This document shows, piece after piece, positions 53,390 through 64,000 of a stretch of DNA of 64,000 nt. Both the position numbers and the translations under genes were made by a program. Position 1 is the first letter of the stretch. Every line of letters begins with the position of its first letter. The notes under the pieces were generated by a model. It made no database searches, was not told the origin of the DNA, and worked only from the letters and a program-made list of their open reading frames with translations. The DNA comes from Callorhinchus milii (Eukaryota): NCBI RefSeq assembly GCF_018977255.1, contig NW_024704742.1:122886001-122950000 (forward strand), in the 5' to 3' direction.

Positions 53390-54250
53390 AGGTCGCCTGG
53401 TTCGAGTCCTACCTCACGAACCACCAGCAGTACCATCTGCACAAACGGCTTCTCCTCCCGCTCTCACCTGGTTACCTGCGGGGTACCCCAAGGATCCATC
53501 TTTGGCCACCTCCTCTTTCTGATCTATATGCTCCCTTTTGGGGGATGAGGTACACTTCCACATGTATGCGGATGACACCCAACTCTATTTTTCCACCTTA
53601 TTTTGCGAGCCCCAGTCCCCCTGATGTTCTGTCAGCTTGCCTGTCAGACCTCAGGAGCTGGATGAGCTCAAATTTCCTTCAGCTGAACTTTGACAAGACG
53701 GAAACCATACTCTTTGACTCTCGTCAACGTCTAAAATCACATGGTTCTCACCTCCTCCACCTACCCGACCTCCCCCTAAAACTCTCCGAACCCATACACA
53801 ACCTAGGCATCAGGTTCGATTCCCAAATATCCTTCCTCCCCCACATCCAGTCCCTCACCAGCACCGCTTTCTTCCACCTCCGACGCATCGCCCGTCTCCG
53901 CCAATACCTCACTTCAAAAGCCACTGAAACCCTAGTCCATGCCTTTGTCACCTCTCGACTATTCAAACGCCCTCCTCGCTGGTCTCCCCTCCACTATCAT
54001 CCATAAAATCCAGATCATTCAAAACTCTGCCGCCCGCATTCTCACCCACACCAAACTCTGCTCCCCGATTACCCCAGTCCTTGTCAGACTGCACTGGCTC
54101 CCTATACCAGAGAGGATCGACTTCAAAATCCTCACCCTTGTCTTCAAATCCCTCCATTCCTCTGCACCCCCCACCTCTCTGACCTCCTCTCTCCTCACAA
54201 CAGTGCCCATTGCTTTCGTTCCACCAGGTCTGGCCTCCTTCTTGTCCACC
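53390..54250 (+). mobile_element. Decayed L2 LINE fragment
   Basis: [43 protein letters not shown]. Confidence 0.9.
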
Positions 54251-55714
54251 GAGTCCAACATATCAGCTTGGTTTAATTACCTTATACTAACGTAGTATTG
54301 TGCTGCTAGTCGTTATAGTTATGTATGTTCGTTATATTTGATCCTTTTTTATATCTTAAATTGTTGTATTTCTTATATGCAGGGTTGCTAAGTCTTCATA
54401 AAGAGAAGTTGTTTCTACCAAATGTATCCTCGAGTGCCTGTAATACTCCAAAACAAGAAAATGAATAAAGCACTTAAAAAGCACTCAGAGAGTAGCTGCC
54501 AACATCAGAGTTCTGGCAGTGTGATTTGACATCCCAATTACCGGGCATTGGAGTTATCTGGGACTACCTTTCTGAGTGACTGATTCTAGCTCTGTTGAGA
54601 TACCTTTGAGCAAGGATTCACACTGACAGGTTTAGGAAAGAGCAGCAGCCACTTAGTACATAAGCGTTACTAAAATTTGCAAGTACAAGGGGTGAGAACC
54701 GTCACAATACAATAAGAAGTTTCAGCCATATATCTAAAACAACAACAAATTTTATTTATATAGCGCCTTTCACATCGGAAGGTTGTCCCAATTTGCTGAA
54801 AATAGTAAAAGCAAACTACTTTCAGAATAAACCCCAAAAGTCAAAGAGTAAAGCTGAAACATCTAACTATAACTGTTTCTATACCTGAAATAACCAATCC
54901 CAAATATATAAAGAAATTGGCTTCAGGATGTTTCTGTTTATACGTACATGTGTGTGGTAAATTTAGTGAACTGAATATCAAAAGTGATAATGAATCACAT
55001 ACTATCTAAATTTTCTTCTGTCTTTTGGTCAACCAGATGTCTGACACATGCGGAAACCCATCACCATATTTAAGAGTTTCCAAACCAGATATGCGGACAA
55101 CATACACATAAAAATGTATCTGTATCTGGAATGGAATGTGTTTGGAATGGAATTGTTCGCTTTGCAAAAAAATAAGTCTGCACGAAGTTGGTGGTGTTTT
55201 GCTTGTGCAAGGTGTGTGGAAATTCAGATGAGCAGCATGGCAAGGCTCGTTGCAAGGCTCCACTATTTTTCTCTCTGGCACTCTTTACTCACCCCACCCC
55301 CACCCCGCTACCCAACAGTACTAAATGATTCTTGCATTTGGTATTGGGCCTTTCAAGGTGGGAGGACATCCCAAAGTGCTTCTCAGGATTTACTATGAAG
55401 TGGAGTGACTGTGTACGGAAAACATTTTTTTGTTTGGGTGGGGGGATTTATTTTTACAAAAACAAATATGTAGGAGGGGGCAAGGCCATGAAGCGCCTTG
55501 AAAGTGAGGACGAGGATTTTGCATTCTATTCTCTGAGGGATGGGGGGCCAGTGGGGTTGGGTGAGGGTGGGGATGATGGGGTCACGGAGCCTGGTGCGAG
55601 AGAGGACACGAGCTGCTGAGATCTGGATGATCTGCAGCTTGTGGAGGGAAGAGTTGGGGAGGCCGACAAGGAGGGAGTTTCCGTAGTCGAGCCTTGAGGT
55701 GACGAATATGTGTA

Positions 55715-58700
55715 TTTCAGGTGTAATGTATTGGAGTGCAGTGTAGAGCTGTGCGTGTGTAGTTCAGGTGTAGTGGAGTGTAGAGCAGTGTGTGTGTAGT
55801 TCAGGTGTAATGTAGTGCTGTGTGTGTGTAGTTCAGGTGTAGTGTAGTGTAGAGCTGTGTGTGTGTAGTTCAGGTGTAGTGAAGAGCTGTGTTTGTGTAG
55901 TATAGAAGTGTGTGTAGTTCAGGTGTAGTGGAGTGTAGAGCTTCGTGTGTGTAATTTAGGTGTTGTGGAGTGCGGAGCTGTGTGTGTGTAGGTCAGGTGT
56001 AGTGTGGAGCTGTGTGTGTCTAGTTCAGGTGGAGCTGTGCCTGTTTAGTTCAGGTGTAGTGGAGTGTTGAGCTGTGTGTGTGTAGTTCAGGTGTGTTGGA
56101 GTGTGGATCTGTGTGTGGGTAGTTCAGGTGTAGTGTGGATCTGTGTGTGTGTAGTTCAGGTGTAGTGGAGTGTGGATGTGCGTGTGTGAAGTTCAAGTGT
56201 AGTGTGGATCTGTGTGTGTGTAGTTCAGGTGTAGTGGAGTGTAGAGCGGTGTGTGTTTTGTTCAGGTGTAGTGGAGTGTAGAGCGGTGTGTGTTTTGTTC
56301 AGTTGTAGTGGAGTGTGTGTATTTCAGATGTAGTGGAGTGTGGAGCTGTGTGTATCGTTCAGGTGGTGTGTGGAGCCGTGTGTGTAGTTCAGGTGTAGTG
56401 GAGTGTGGAGCTGTGTGTGTAGTGGAGTGTGAAGCTGTGTGTGTTTGTAGTTCAGGGGTAATGGAGCTGTGTGTGTGTGTAGTTCAGGTGGAGTGTAGAG
56501 CTGTGTGTAGTTCAGGTGTATTCGAGCTGTGTGTGTAGTTCAGGTGTAGTGGAGTGTGGAGCTGTGCATATGTAGTTCAGGTGTAGTGGAGTGTGGATCT
56601 GTGTGTGTGTAGTTCAGGTGTAGTGGAGTGTGGATGTGCGTGTGTGAAGTTCAAGTGTAGTGTGGAGCTGTGTGTGTGTAGTTCAGGTGTAGTGGAGTGT
56701 AGAGCGGTGTGTGTTTTGTTCAGGTGTAGTGGAGTGTGTGCATTTCAGGAGTAGTGGAGTGTGGAGCTGTGTGTATCGTTCAGGTGGTGTGTGGAGCCGT
56801 GTGTGTAGTTCAGCTGTAGTGGAGTGTGGAGCTGTATGTGTGTAGTGGAGTGTGAAGCTGTGCGTGTTTGTAGTTCAAGGGTAATGGAGCTGTGTGTGTG
56901 TGTGTAGTTCAGGTGGAGTGTAGAGCTGTGTGTAGTTCAGGTGTATTCGAGCTGTGTGTGTAGTTCAGGTGTAGTGGAATGTATAGCTGTGTGTGTGCAG
57001 TTCAAACGTAGTGCAGTGTGGAGCTGTGTGTGCGTAGTTCAAGTTTAGTGTGGATCTGTGTGTGTGTAGTTCAGGTGTAGTAGAGGGTGGAACTGTGTGT
57101 GTGTTGTTTGCGTAGTTCAGGTATAGTGGAGATGTGTGTGTGTTGTGCGTGTAGTTCAGGAGTAACGGACTGTTGAGCTGTGTGTGTAGTTCAGGTGTAG
57201 TGGCGCTGTGTGTATGTGTGTAGTTCAGGTGTAGTGGAGTGTGGAGCTGTGTGTGTGTAGTTCAGTTGTTATGGACTGTGGAACTGTGTGTTTGTTGTTC
57301 AGGTGTAGTGGAGTGTGTGTAGTTCAGGTATAATGGAGTGTGGAGCTGTGTGTGTAGTTCAGGTGTAGTGGAGCGTGGACCTGTGTATGTAGTTCAGCTT
57401 TCGTGAAGTTTATAGCTGCGTGTGTGTATTTCAGGTGTAGTGGAGCTGTGAGTGTGTAGTTCAGGTGTAGTGGAGCTTTGTGTGTAGTTCAGGTGGAGTG
57501 TAGAGCTGTGTGTAGTTCAGGTGAATTGGAGCTGTATGTGTGTGTAGTTCAGGTGTAGAGGAATGTGTGTGTAGTTCGGGTGTAGTGAAGCTATGTGTGT
57601 GTGTAGTTCAGGTGTTGTGGAGTTGAGCGTGTGTTCAGTTGTAGTGGATTGTGGAGCTGTATGTGTGTAGTTCAGCTGTAGTGGAGTGTGGGTTGAGCGT
57701 GTGTCGTTCAGGTGTAATGTAGTGTGGAGCTGTGTGTGTGTAGTTCAGGTGTATTTGATTGTGAATCTGTTTGTGTATAGTTCAAGTCTAGTGTGGATCT
57801 GTGTGTGTGTAGTTCATGTGTAGTGGAGTGTGGATCAGTGTGTGTTTTGTTCAGGTGTAGCAGAGTGTGGAGCTGTGTGTGTGTGCAGTTCAGGTGTAGT
57901 GGAGGGTGGAACTGTGTGTGTGTGTTGTTTGCGTAGTTCAGGTATAGTGGAGATGTGTGTGTTGTGTGTGTAGTTCAGGAATAATGGAGTGTGGAGCTGT
58001 GTGTATGTAGCTCAGATGTAGTGGAGTGTGGAGCTGTGTGTGTAGTTCAGCTGTAGTGGAGTGTGGATCTCTGTTTGTGTGTAGTTTAGGTGTAGTGGAG
58101 TGTGGAGCTGTGTGTGTGTACAGGTTCAGTGGAGCTGTGTGTCTAGTTCAGGTGTAGTGGAGTGTGGAGCTGTGTGTGTAGTTCAGGTGTAGTGGAGTGT
58201 GGAGCTGTGTGTGTAGTTCAGGTGTAGTGGAGTGTGGAGCTGTGTGTGTAGTTCAGGTGTTGTGGAGTGTGGAGCTGTGTGTGCAGTTCAGGTGTAGTGG
58301 AGGGTGGAACTGTGTGTGTGTTGTTTGCGTAGTTCAGGTATAGTGGAGATGTGTGTGTTGTGTGTGTAGTTCAGGAATAATGGAGTGTGGAGCTGTGTGT
58401 ATGTAGCTCAGATGTAGTGGAGTGTGGAGCTGTGTGTGTAGTTCAGCTGTAGTGGAGTGTGGATCTCTGTTTGTGTGTAGTTTAGGTGTAGTGGAGTGTG
58501 GAGCTGTGTGTGTGTACAGGTTCAGTGGAGCTGTGTGTCTAGTTCAGGTGTAGTGGAGTGTGGAGCTGTGTGTGTAGTTCAGGTGTAGTGGAGTGTGGAG
58601 CTGTGTGTGTAGTTCAGGTGTAGTGGAGTGTGGAGCTGTGTGTGTAGTTCAGGTGTTGTGGAGTGTGGAGCTGTGTGTGTAGTTCAGGTGTAGTGGAGTG

Positions 58701-61700
58701 TGGAGCTGTGTGTGTAGTTCAGGTGTAGTGGAGTGTGGAGCTGTGTGTGTAGTTCAGGTGTAGTGGAGTGTGGAGCTGTGTGTGTAGTTCAGGTGTAGTG
58801 GAGTGTGGAGCTGTGTGTGTAGTTCAGGTGTTGTGGAGTGTGGAGCTGTGTGTGTAGTTCAGGTGTAGTGTAGTGTGGAGCTGTGTTGTGTAGTTCAGGT
58901 GTAATGCAGTGTGGAGCTGTGTGTGTGTATTTCAGGTGTAGTGGAGTGTGGATGTGTGTGCGTGAAGTTCAAGTGTAGTGTGGATCTGTGTGTGTAGTTC
59001 AGGTGTAGTGGAGCTGTGTGTGTAGTTCAGGTGTAGTGGAGCTGTGTGTGTGTGTAGTTCAGGTGTAGTGGAGCTGTGTGTGTAGTTCAGGTGTAGTGTA
59101 GCTGTGTGTGTAGTTCAGGTGTAGTGCTGTGTGTGTAGTTCAGGTGTAGTGGAGCTGTGTGTGTAGTTCAGGTGTAGTGGAGCTGTGTGTGTGTGTAGTT
59201 CAGGTGTAGTGGAGCTGTGTGTGTAGTTCAGGTGTAGTGTAGCTGTGTGTGTAGTTCAGGTGTAGTGCTGTGTGTGTAGTTCAGGTGTAGTGGAGCTGTG
59301 TGTGTGTAGTTCAGGTGTAGTGCTGTGTGTGTAGTTCAGGTGTAGTGCTGTGTGTGTGTAGTTCAGGTGTAGTGCTGTGTGTGTGTAGTTCAGGTGTAGT
59401 GCTGTGTGTGTGTAGTTCAGGTGTAGTGCTGTGTGTAGTTCAGGTGTAGTGCTGTGTGTGTGTAGTTCAGGTGTAGTGCTGTGTGTGTGTGTGTAGTTCA
59501 GGTGTAGTGCTGTGTGTGTGTGTGTGTGTAGTTCAGGTGTAGTGCTGTGTGTGTGTAGTTCAGGTGTAGTGGAGTGTGGAGCTGTGTGTGTGTACAGGTG
59601 TAGTGGAGTGTGGAGCTGTGTGTGTAGTTCAGGTGTAGTGGAGTGTGGAGCTGTGTGTGTAGTTCAGGTGTAGTGGAGTGTGGAGCTGTGTGTGTAGTTC
59701 AGGTGTTGTGGAGTGTGGAGCTGTGTGTGTAGTTCAGGTGCAGTGTAGTGTGGAGCTGTGTTGTGTAGTTCAGGTGTAATGCAGTGTGGAGCTGTGTGTG
59801 TGTATTTCAGGTGTAGTGGAGTGTGGATGTGTGTGTGTGAAGTTCAAGTGTAGTGTGGATCTGTGTGTGTAGTTCAGGTGTAGTGGAGCTGTGTGTGTGT
59901 GTAGTTCAGGTGTAGTGGAGCTGTGTGTGTAGTTCAGGTGTAGTGTAGCTGTGTGTGTAGTTCAGGTGTAGTGTAGCTGTGTGTGTAGTTCAGGTGTAGT
60001 GTAGCTGTGTGTGTGTAGTTCAGGTGTAGTGCTGTGTGTGTGTAGTTCAGGTGTAGTGCTGTGTGTGTGTAGTTCAGGTGTAGTGCTGTGTGTAGTTCAG
60101 GTGTAGTGCTGTGTGTAGTACAGGTGTAGTGCTGTGTGTGTGTAGTTCAGGTGTAGTGCTGTGTGTGTGTAGTTCAGGTGTAGTGCTGTGTGTGTAGTTC
60201 AGGTGTAGTGCTGTGTGTGTGTGTGTGTAGTTCAGGTGAAGTGCTGTGTGTGCGTGTAGTTCAGGTGTAGTGCTGTGTGTGTGTGTAGTTCAGGTGTAGT
60301 GCTGTGTGTGTGTGTGTAGTTCAGGTGTAGTGCTGTGTGTGTGTGTGTAGTTCAGGTGTAGTGCTGTGTGTGTGTAGTTCAGGTGTAGTGCTGTGTGTGT
60401 GTGTAGTTCAGGTGTAGTGCTGTGTGTGTGTGTAGTTCAGGTGTAGTGCTGTGTGTGTGTGTAGTTCAGGTGTAGTGGAGCTGTGTGTGGTGTGTGTAGT
60501 TCAGGTGTAGTGCTGTGTGTGTGTGTGTAGTTCAGGTGTAGTGCTGTGTGTGTAGTTCAGGTGTAGTGCTGTGTGTGTGTGTAGTTCAGGTGTAGTGCTG
60601 TGTGTGTGTGTGTAGTTCAGGTGTAGTGCTGTGTGTGTGTAGTTCAGGTGTAGTGCTGTGTGTGTGTGTGTTCAGGTGTAGTGCTGTGTGTGTGTGTGTA
60701 GTTCAGGTGTAGTGCTGTGTGTGTGTGTAGTTCAGGTGTAGTGCTGTGTGTGTAGTTCAGGTGTAGTGCTTGTGTGTGTAGTTCAGGTGTAGTGCTGTGT
60801 GTGTAGTTCAGGTGTAGTGCTGTGTGTGTGTAGTTCAGGTGTAGTGCTGTGTGTGTGTGTAGTTCAGGTGTAGTGGAGCTGTGTGTAGTTCAGGTGTAGT
60901 GCTGTGTGTGTGTAGTTCAGGTGTAGTGCTGTGTGTGTGTAGTTCAGGTGTAGTGCTGTGTGTGTAGTTCAGGTGTAGTGCTGTGTGTGTGTGTAGTTCA
61001 GGTGTAGTGCTGTGTGTGTAGTTCAGGTGTAGTGCTGTGTGTGTGTGTGTAGTTCAGGTGTAGTGCTGTGTGTGTGTGTGTAGTTCAGGTGTAGTGCTGT
61101 GTGTGTGTAGTTCAGGTGTAGTGGAGCTGTGTGTAGTTCAGGTGTAGTGCTGTGTGTGTGTGTGTAGTTCAGGTGTAGTGCTGTGTGTGTGTAGTTCAGG
61201 TGTAGTGGAGCTGTGTGTAGTTCAGGTGTAGTGCTGTGTGTGTGTGTAGTTCAGGTGTAGTGCTGTGTGTGTGTGTGTAGTTCAGGTGTAGTGCTGTGTG
61301 TGTGTAGTTCAGGTGTAGTGCTGTGTGTGTGTAGTTAGGTGTAGTGCTGTGTGTGTGTAGTTCAGGTGTAGTGCTGTGTGTGTGTAGTTCAGGTGTAGTG
61401 CTGTGTGTGTGTGTGTAGTTCAGGTGTAGTGCTGTGTGTGTAGTTCAGGTGTAGTGCTGTGTGTAGTTCAGGTGTAGTGCTGTGTGTGTGTGTAGTTCAG
61501 GTGTAGTGCTGTGTGTGTGTAGTTCAGGTGTAGTGCTGTGTGTGTGTAGTTCAGGTGTAGTGCTGTGTGTGTGTGTGTGTAGTTCAGGTGTAGTGCTGTG
61601 TGTGTGTAGTTCAGGTGTAGTGGAGCTGTGTGTAGTTCAGGTGTAGTGCTGTGTGTGTGTAGTTCAGGTGTAGTGGAGCTGTGTGTAGTTCAGGTGTAGT

Positions 61701-63520
61701 GCTGTGTGTGTGTGTGTAGTTCAGGTGTAGTGCTGTGTGTGTGTGTGTAGTTCAGGTGTAGTGCTGTGTGTGTGTAGTTCAGGTGTAGTGCTGTGTGTGT
61801 GTAGTTCAGGTGTAGTGCTGTGTGTGTGTAGTTCAGGTGTAGTGCTGTGTGTGTGTAGTTCAGGTGTAGTGCTGTGTGTGTGTGTGTAGTTCAGGTGTAG
61901 TACTGTGTGTGTAGTTCAGGTGTAGTGCTGTGTGTAGTTCAGGTGTAGTGCTGTGTGTGTGTGTAGTTCAGGTGTAGTGCTGTGTGTGTGTGTAGTTCAG
62001 GTGTAGTGCTGTGTGTGTGTAGTTCAGGTGTAGTGCTGTGTGTGTGTGTAGTTCAGGTGTAGTGCTGTGTGTGTGTAGTTCAGGTGTAGTGGAGCTGTGT
62101 GTAGTTCAGGTGTAGTGCTGTGTGTGTGTGTGTAGTTCAGGTGTAGTGCTGTGTGTGTGTGTAGTTCAGGTGTAGTGCTGTGTGTGTGTAGTTCAGGTGT
62201 AGTGCTGTGTGTGTGTAGTTCAGGTGTAGTGCTGTGTGTGTGTAGTTCAGGTGTAGTGCTGTGTGTGTGTAGTTCAGGTGTAGTGCTGTGTGTGTGTGTA
62301 GTTCAGGTGTAGTGTTGGTGTATGTGTGTGTAGTTCAGGTGTAGTGCTGTGTGTGTGTGTGTAGTTCAGGTGTAGTGCTGTGTGTGTGTGTGTAGTTCAG
62401 GTGTAGTGCTGTGTGTGTGTGTAGTTCAGGTGTAGTGCTGTGTGTGTGTGTGTAGTTCAGGTGTAGTGCTGTGTGTGTGTAGTTCAGGTGTAGTGCTGTG
62501 TGTGTGTAGTTCAGGTGTAGTGCTGTGTGTGTGTGTAGTTCAGGTGTAGTGCTGTGTGTGTGTAGTTCAGGTGTAGTGCTGTGTGTGTGTGTAGTTCAGG
62601 TGTAGTGCTGTGTGTGTGTGTGTAGTTCAGGTGTAGTGCTGTGTGTGTGTAGTTCAGGTGTAGTGCTGTGTGTGTGTAGTTCAGGTGTAGTGCTGTGTGT
62701 GTGTGTGTGTGTAGTTCAGGTGTAGTGCTGTGTGTGTGTGTGTGTAGTTCAGGTGTAGTGCTGTGTGTGTGTGTGTAGTTCAGGTGTAGTGGAGCTGTGT
62801 GTAGTTCAGGTGTAGTGCTGTGTGTGTGTGTGTGTAGTTCAGGTGTAGTGCTGTGTGTGTGTGTGTGTGTAGTTCAGGTATAGTTGTGTGTGTGTGTTGT
62901 TCAGGTGTAGTGCTGTGTGTGTGTAGTTCAGGTGTAGTGCTGTGTGTGTAGTTCAGGTGTAGTGCTGTGTGTAGTTCAGGTGTAGTGCTGTGTGTGTGTG
63001 TAGTTCAGGTGTAGTGCTGTGTGTGTGTGTAGTTCAGGTGTAGTGCTGTGTGTAGTTCAGGTGTAGTGCTGTGTGTGTGTAGTTCAGGTGTAGTGCTGTG
63101 TGTGTGTGTAGTTCAGGTGTAGTGCTGTGTGTGTGTGTAGTTCAGGTGTAGTGCTGTGTGTGTGTAGTTCAGGTGTAGTGCTGTGTGTGTGTGTAGTTCA
63201 GGTGTAGTGCTGTGTGTGGTGTAGTTCAGGTGTAGTGCTGTGTGTGTGTGTAGTTCAGGTGTAGTGCGTGTGTGTGTGTAGTTCAGGTGTAGTGCTGTGT
63301 GTGTGTGTAGTTCAGGTGTAGTGCTGTGTGTGTGTAGTTCAGGTGTAGTGCTGTGTGTGTAGTTCAGGTGTAGTGCTGTGTGTGTGTGTAGTTCAGGTGT
63401 AGTGCTGTGTGTGTGTGTAGTTCAGGTGTAGTGCTGTGTGTGTGTAGTTCAGGTGTAGTGCTGTGTGTGTAGTTCAGGTGTAGTGCTGTGTGTGTGTGTA
63501 GTTCAGGTGTAGTGCTGTGT
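55715..63520. repeat. ~7.8-kb satellite/minisatellite, unit GTAGTTCAGGTGTAGTG(GAGTGTGGA)GCT(GT)n
   Basis: Directly visible tandem array. Units are ~35 bp and diverged on the left, ~25-31 bp and homogeneous on the right. Confidence 0.98.
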
Positions 63521-63524
63521 GTGT

Positions 63525-64000
63525 GGTGTGTGTGGGGGGGGGGGAGGGGGGGGGTTCGGGCTGCACCAATCACAGCGGAGCTCGGGAATCGCTCGCGCAC
63601 TCCGCTTCCATCCGGGTCCCGGCCGCCCGGGCTGAGCGCTCACTCCGGGAGAGGCAACAACATGGCGGAGGTGAGAGAGCGGAGCGGGGACAGGGGGGCG
63701 CCGCGGGGGGGACAGCCCGGGACAGGGACCCCCGGGGCCGAGCCCACACAGGGTGGTTGCGAGACCCACCAAAAGCAGTGGCGTCGTCTCGTTATTTTTT
63801 TTTCGCCGTGTGTCCGGGGTTGGGGGAAGAGGCGGAGAGAGGGAGGAGGGAGGGAGGGGGGAGAGGGAGAGACGCCGGAGCGGGTTCCTGGGGGTTGAGG
63901 AGGAGGAGGAGGAGGAGGGGGCGGCTCTGGGTCTAGGCCCCGGTGTCGCCGCTCCCTCTCCCCCTCTCCCCCCTCTCTCTCTCTCTCTCCCGCGGCGCTG
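63525..64000 (+). promoter_or_regulatory. CpG-island promoter and first intron of a divergent gene
   Basis: CpG-rich. CCAAT box (ACCAATCA, 63565-63572), G-run upstream, and YY1-like AACATGGCGG overlapping the start codon. Confidence 0.75.
63662..63670 (+). CDS. MIER3: First coding exon (M-A-E), probably MIER family member 3
   Basis: AACATGGCGGAG|gtgaga: strong Kozak context followed by a donor after 9 coding nt. From memory, MIER3 begins MAE in a 9-nt coding first exon and lies head-to-head with GPBP1 in human. Only 3 codons are visible, so identity rests on synteny. Confidence 0.65.

Noticed and set aside
52478..54470. Possible plus-strand lncRNA (donor gtaagt at 53306, acceptor at 54382, AATAAA at 54464)
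   Set aside because: Isolated splice-like and polyA signals occur by chance; nothing links them without transcript data.
55715..63520. CRISPR-like array of constant repeat plus variable spacer
   Set aside because: The spacers are only (GT)n length variants, the context is vertebrate, and there are no cas genes.
63488..63936. 136-139 aa ORFs at the right end
   Set aside because: Read-through of GC-rich promoter and intron sequence; only MAE before the gtgaga donor is plausibly coding.

Overview
Eukaryotic, vertebrate DNA. The repeat content (tRNA/Deu-domain SINEs, CR1 and L2 LINEs, a Penelope-derived palindrome) points to a cartilaginous fish. The window holds a complete minus-strand GPBP1 (vasculin) gene, reconstructed by hand: 10 coding exons from 40082 down to 13536, all introns GT-AG and in phase, 1389 nt giving 462 aa, from [21 protein letters not shown] to [12 protein letters not shown]. 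Its non-coding 5' exon(s) and CpG/CRE/CCAAT promoter lie at about 45.5-46.45 kb. At the right end is a divergent CpG promoter with a 9-nt coding first exon (ATG GCG GAG|gtgaga), most likely MIER3 by synteny. A 7.8-kb CAGGTG/(GT)n satellite directly abuts it. The rest is mostly decayed transposons. The most notable observations are: (1) a spliced uORF whose stop codon sits directly against the GPBP1 start codon (TAA-ATG), plus a candidate 5'UTR cassette exon that would create a chain of stop-start-coupled uORFs; (2) the promoter-proximal satellite; (3) a pre-miRNA-like intronic hairpin; (4) a palindromic pair of CTCF-like motifs; (5) a Penelope-type palindrome with two degenerate hammerhead cores. 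Gene and repeat family names come from recalled sequences, not searches, and repeat boundaries are approximate.
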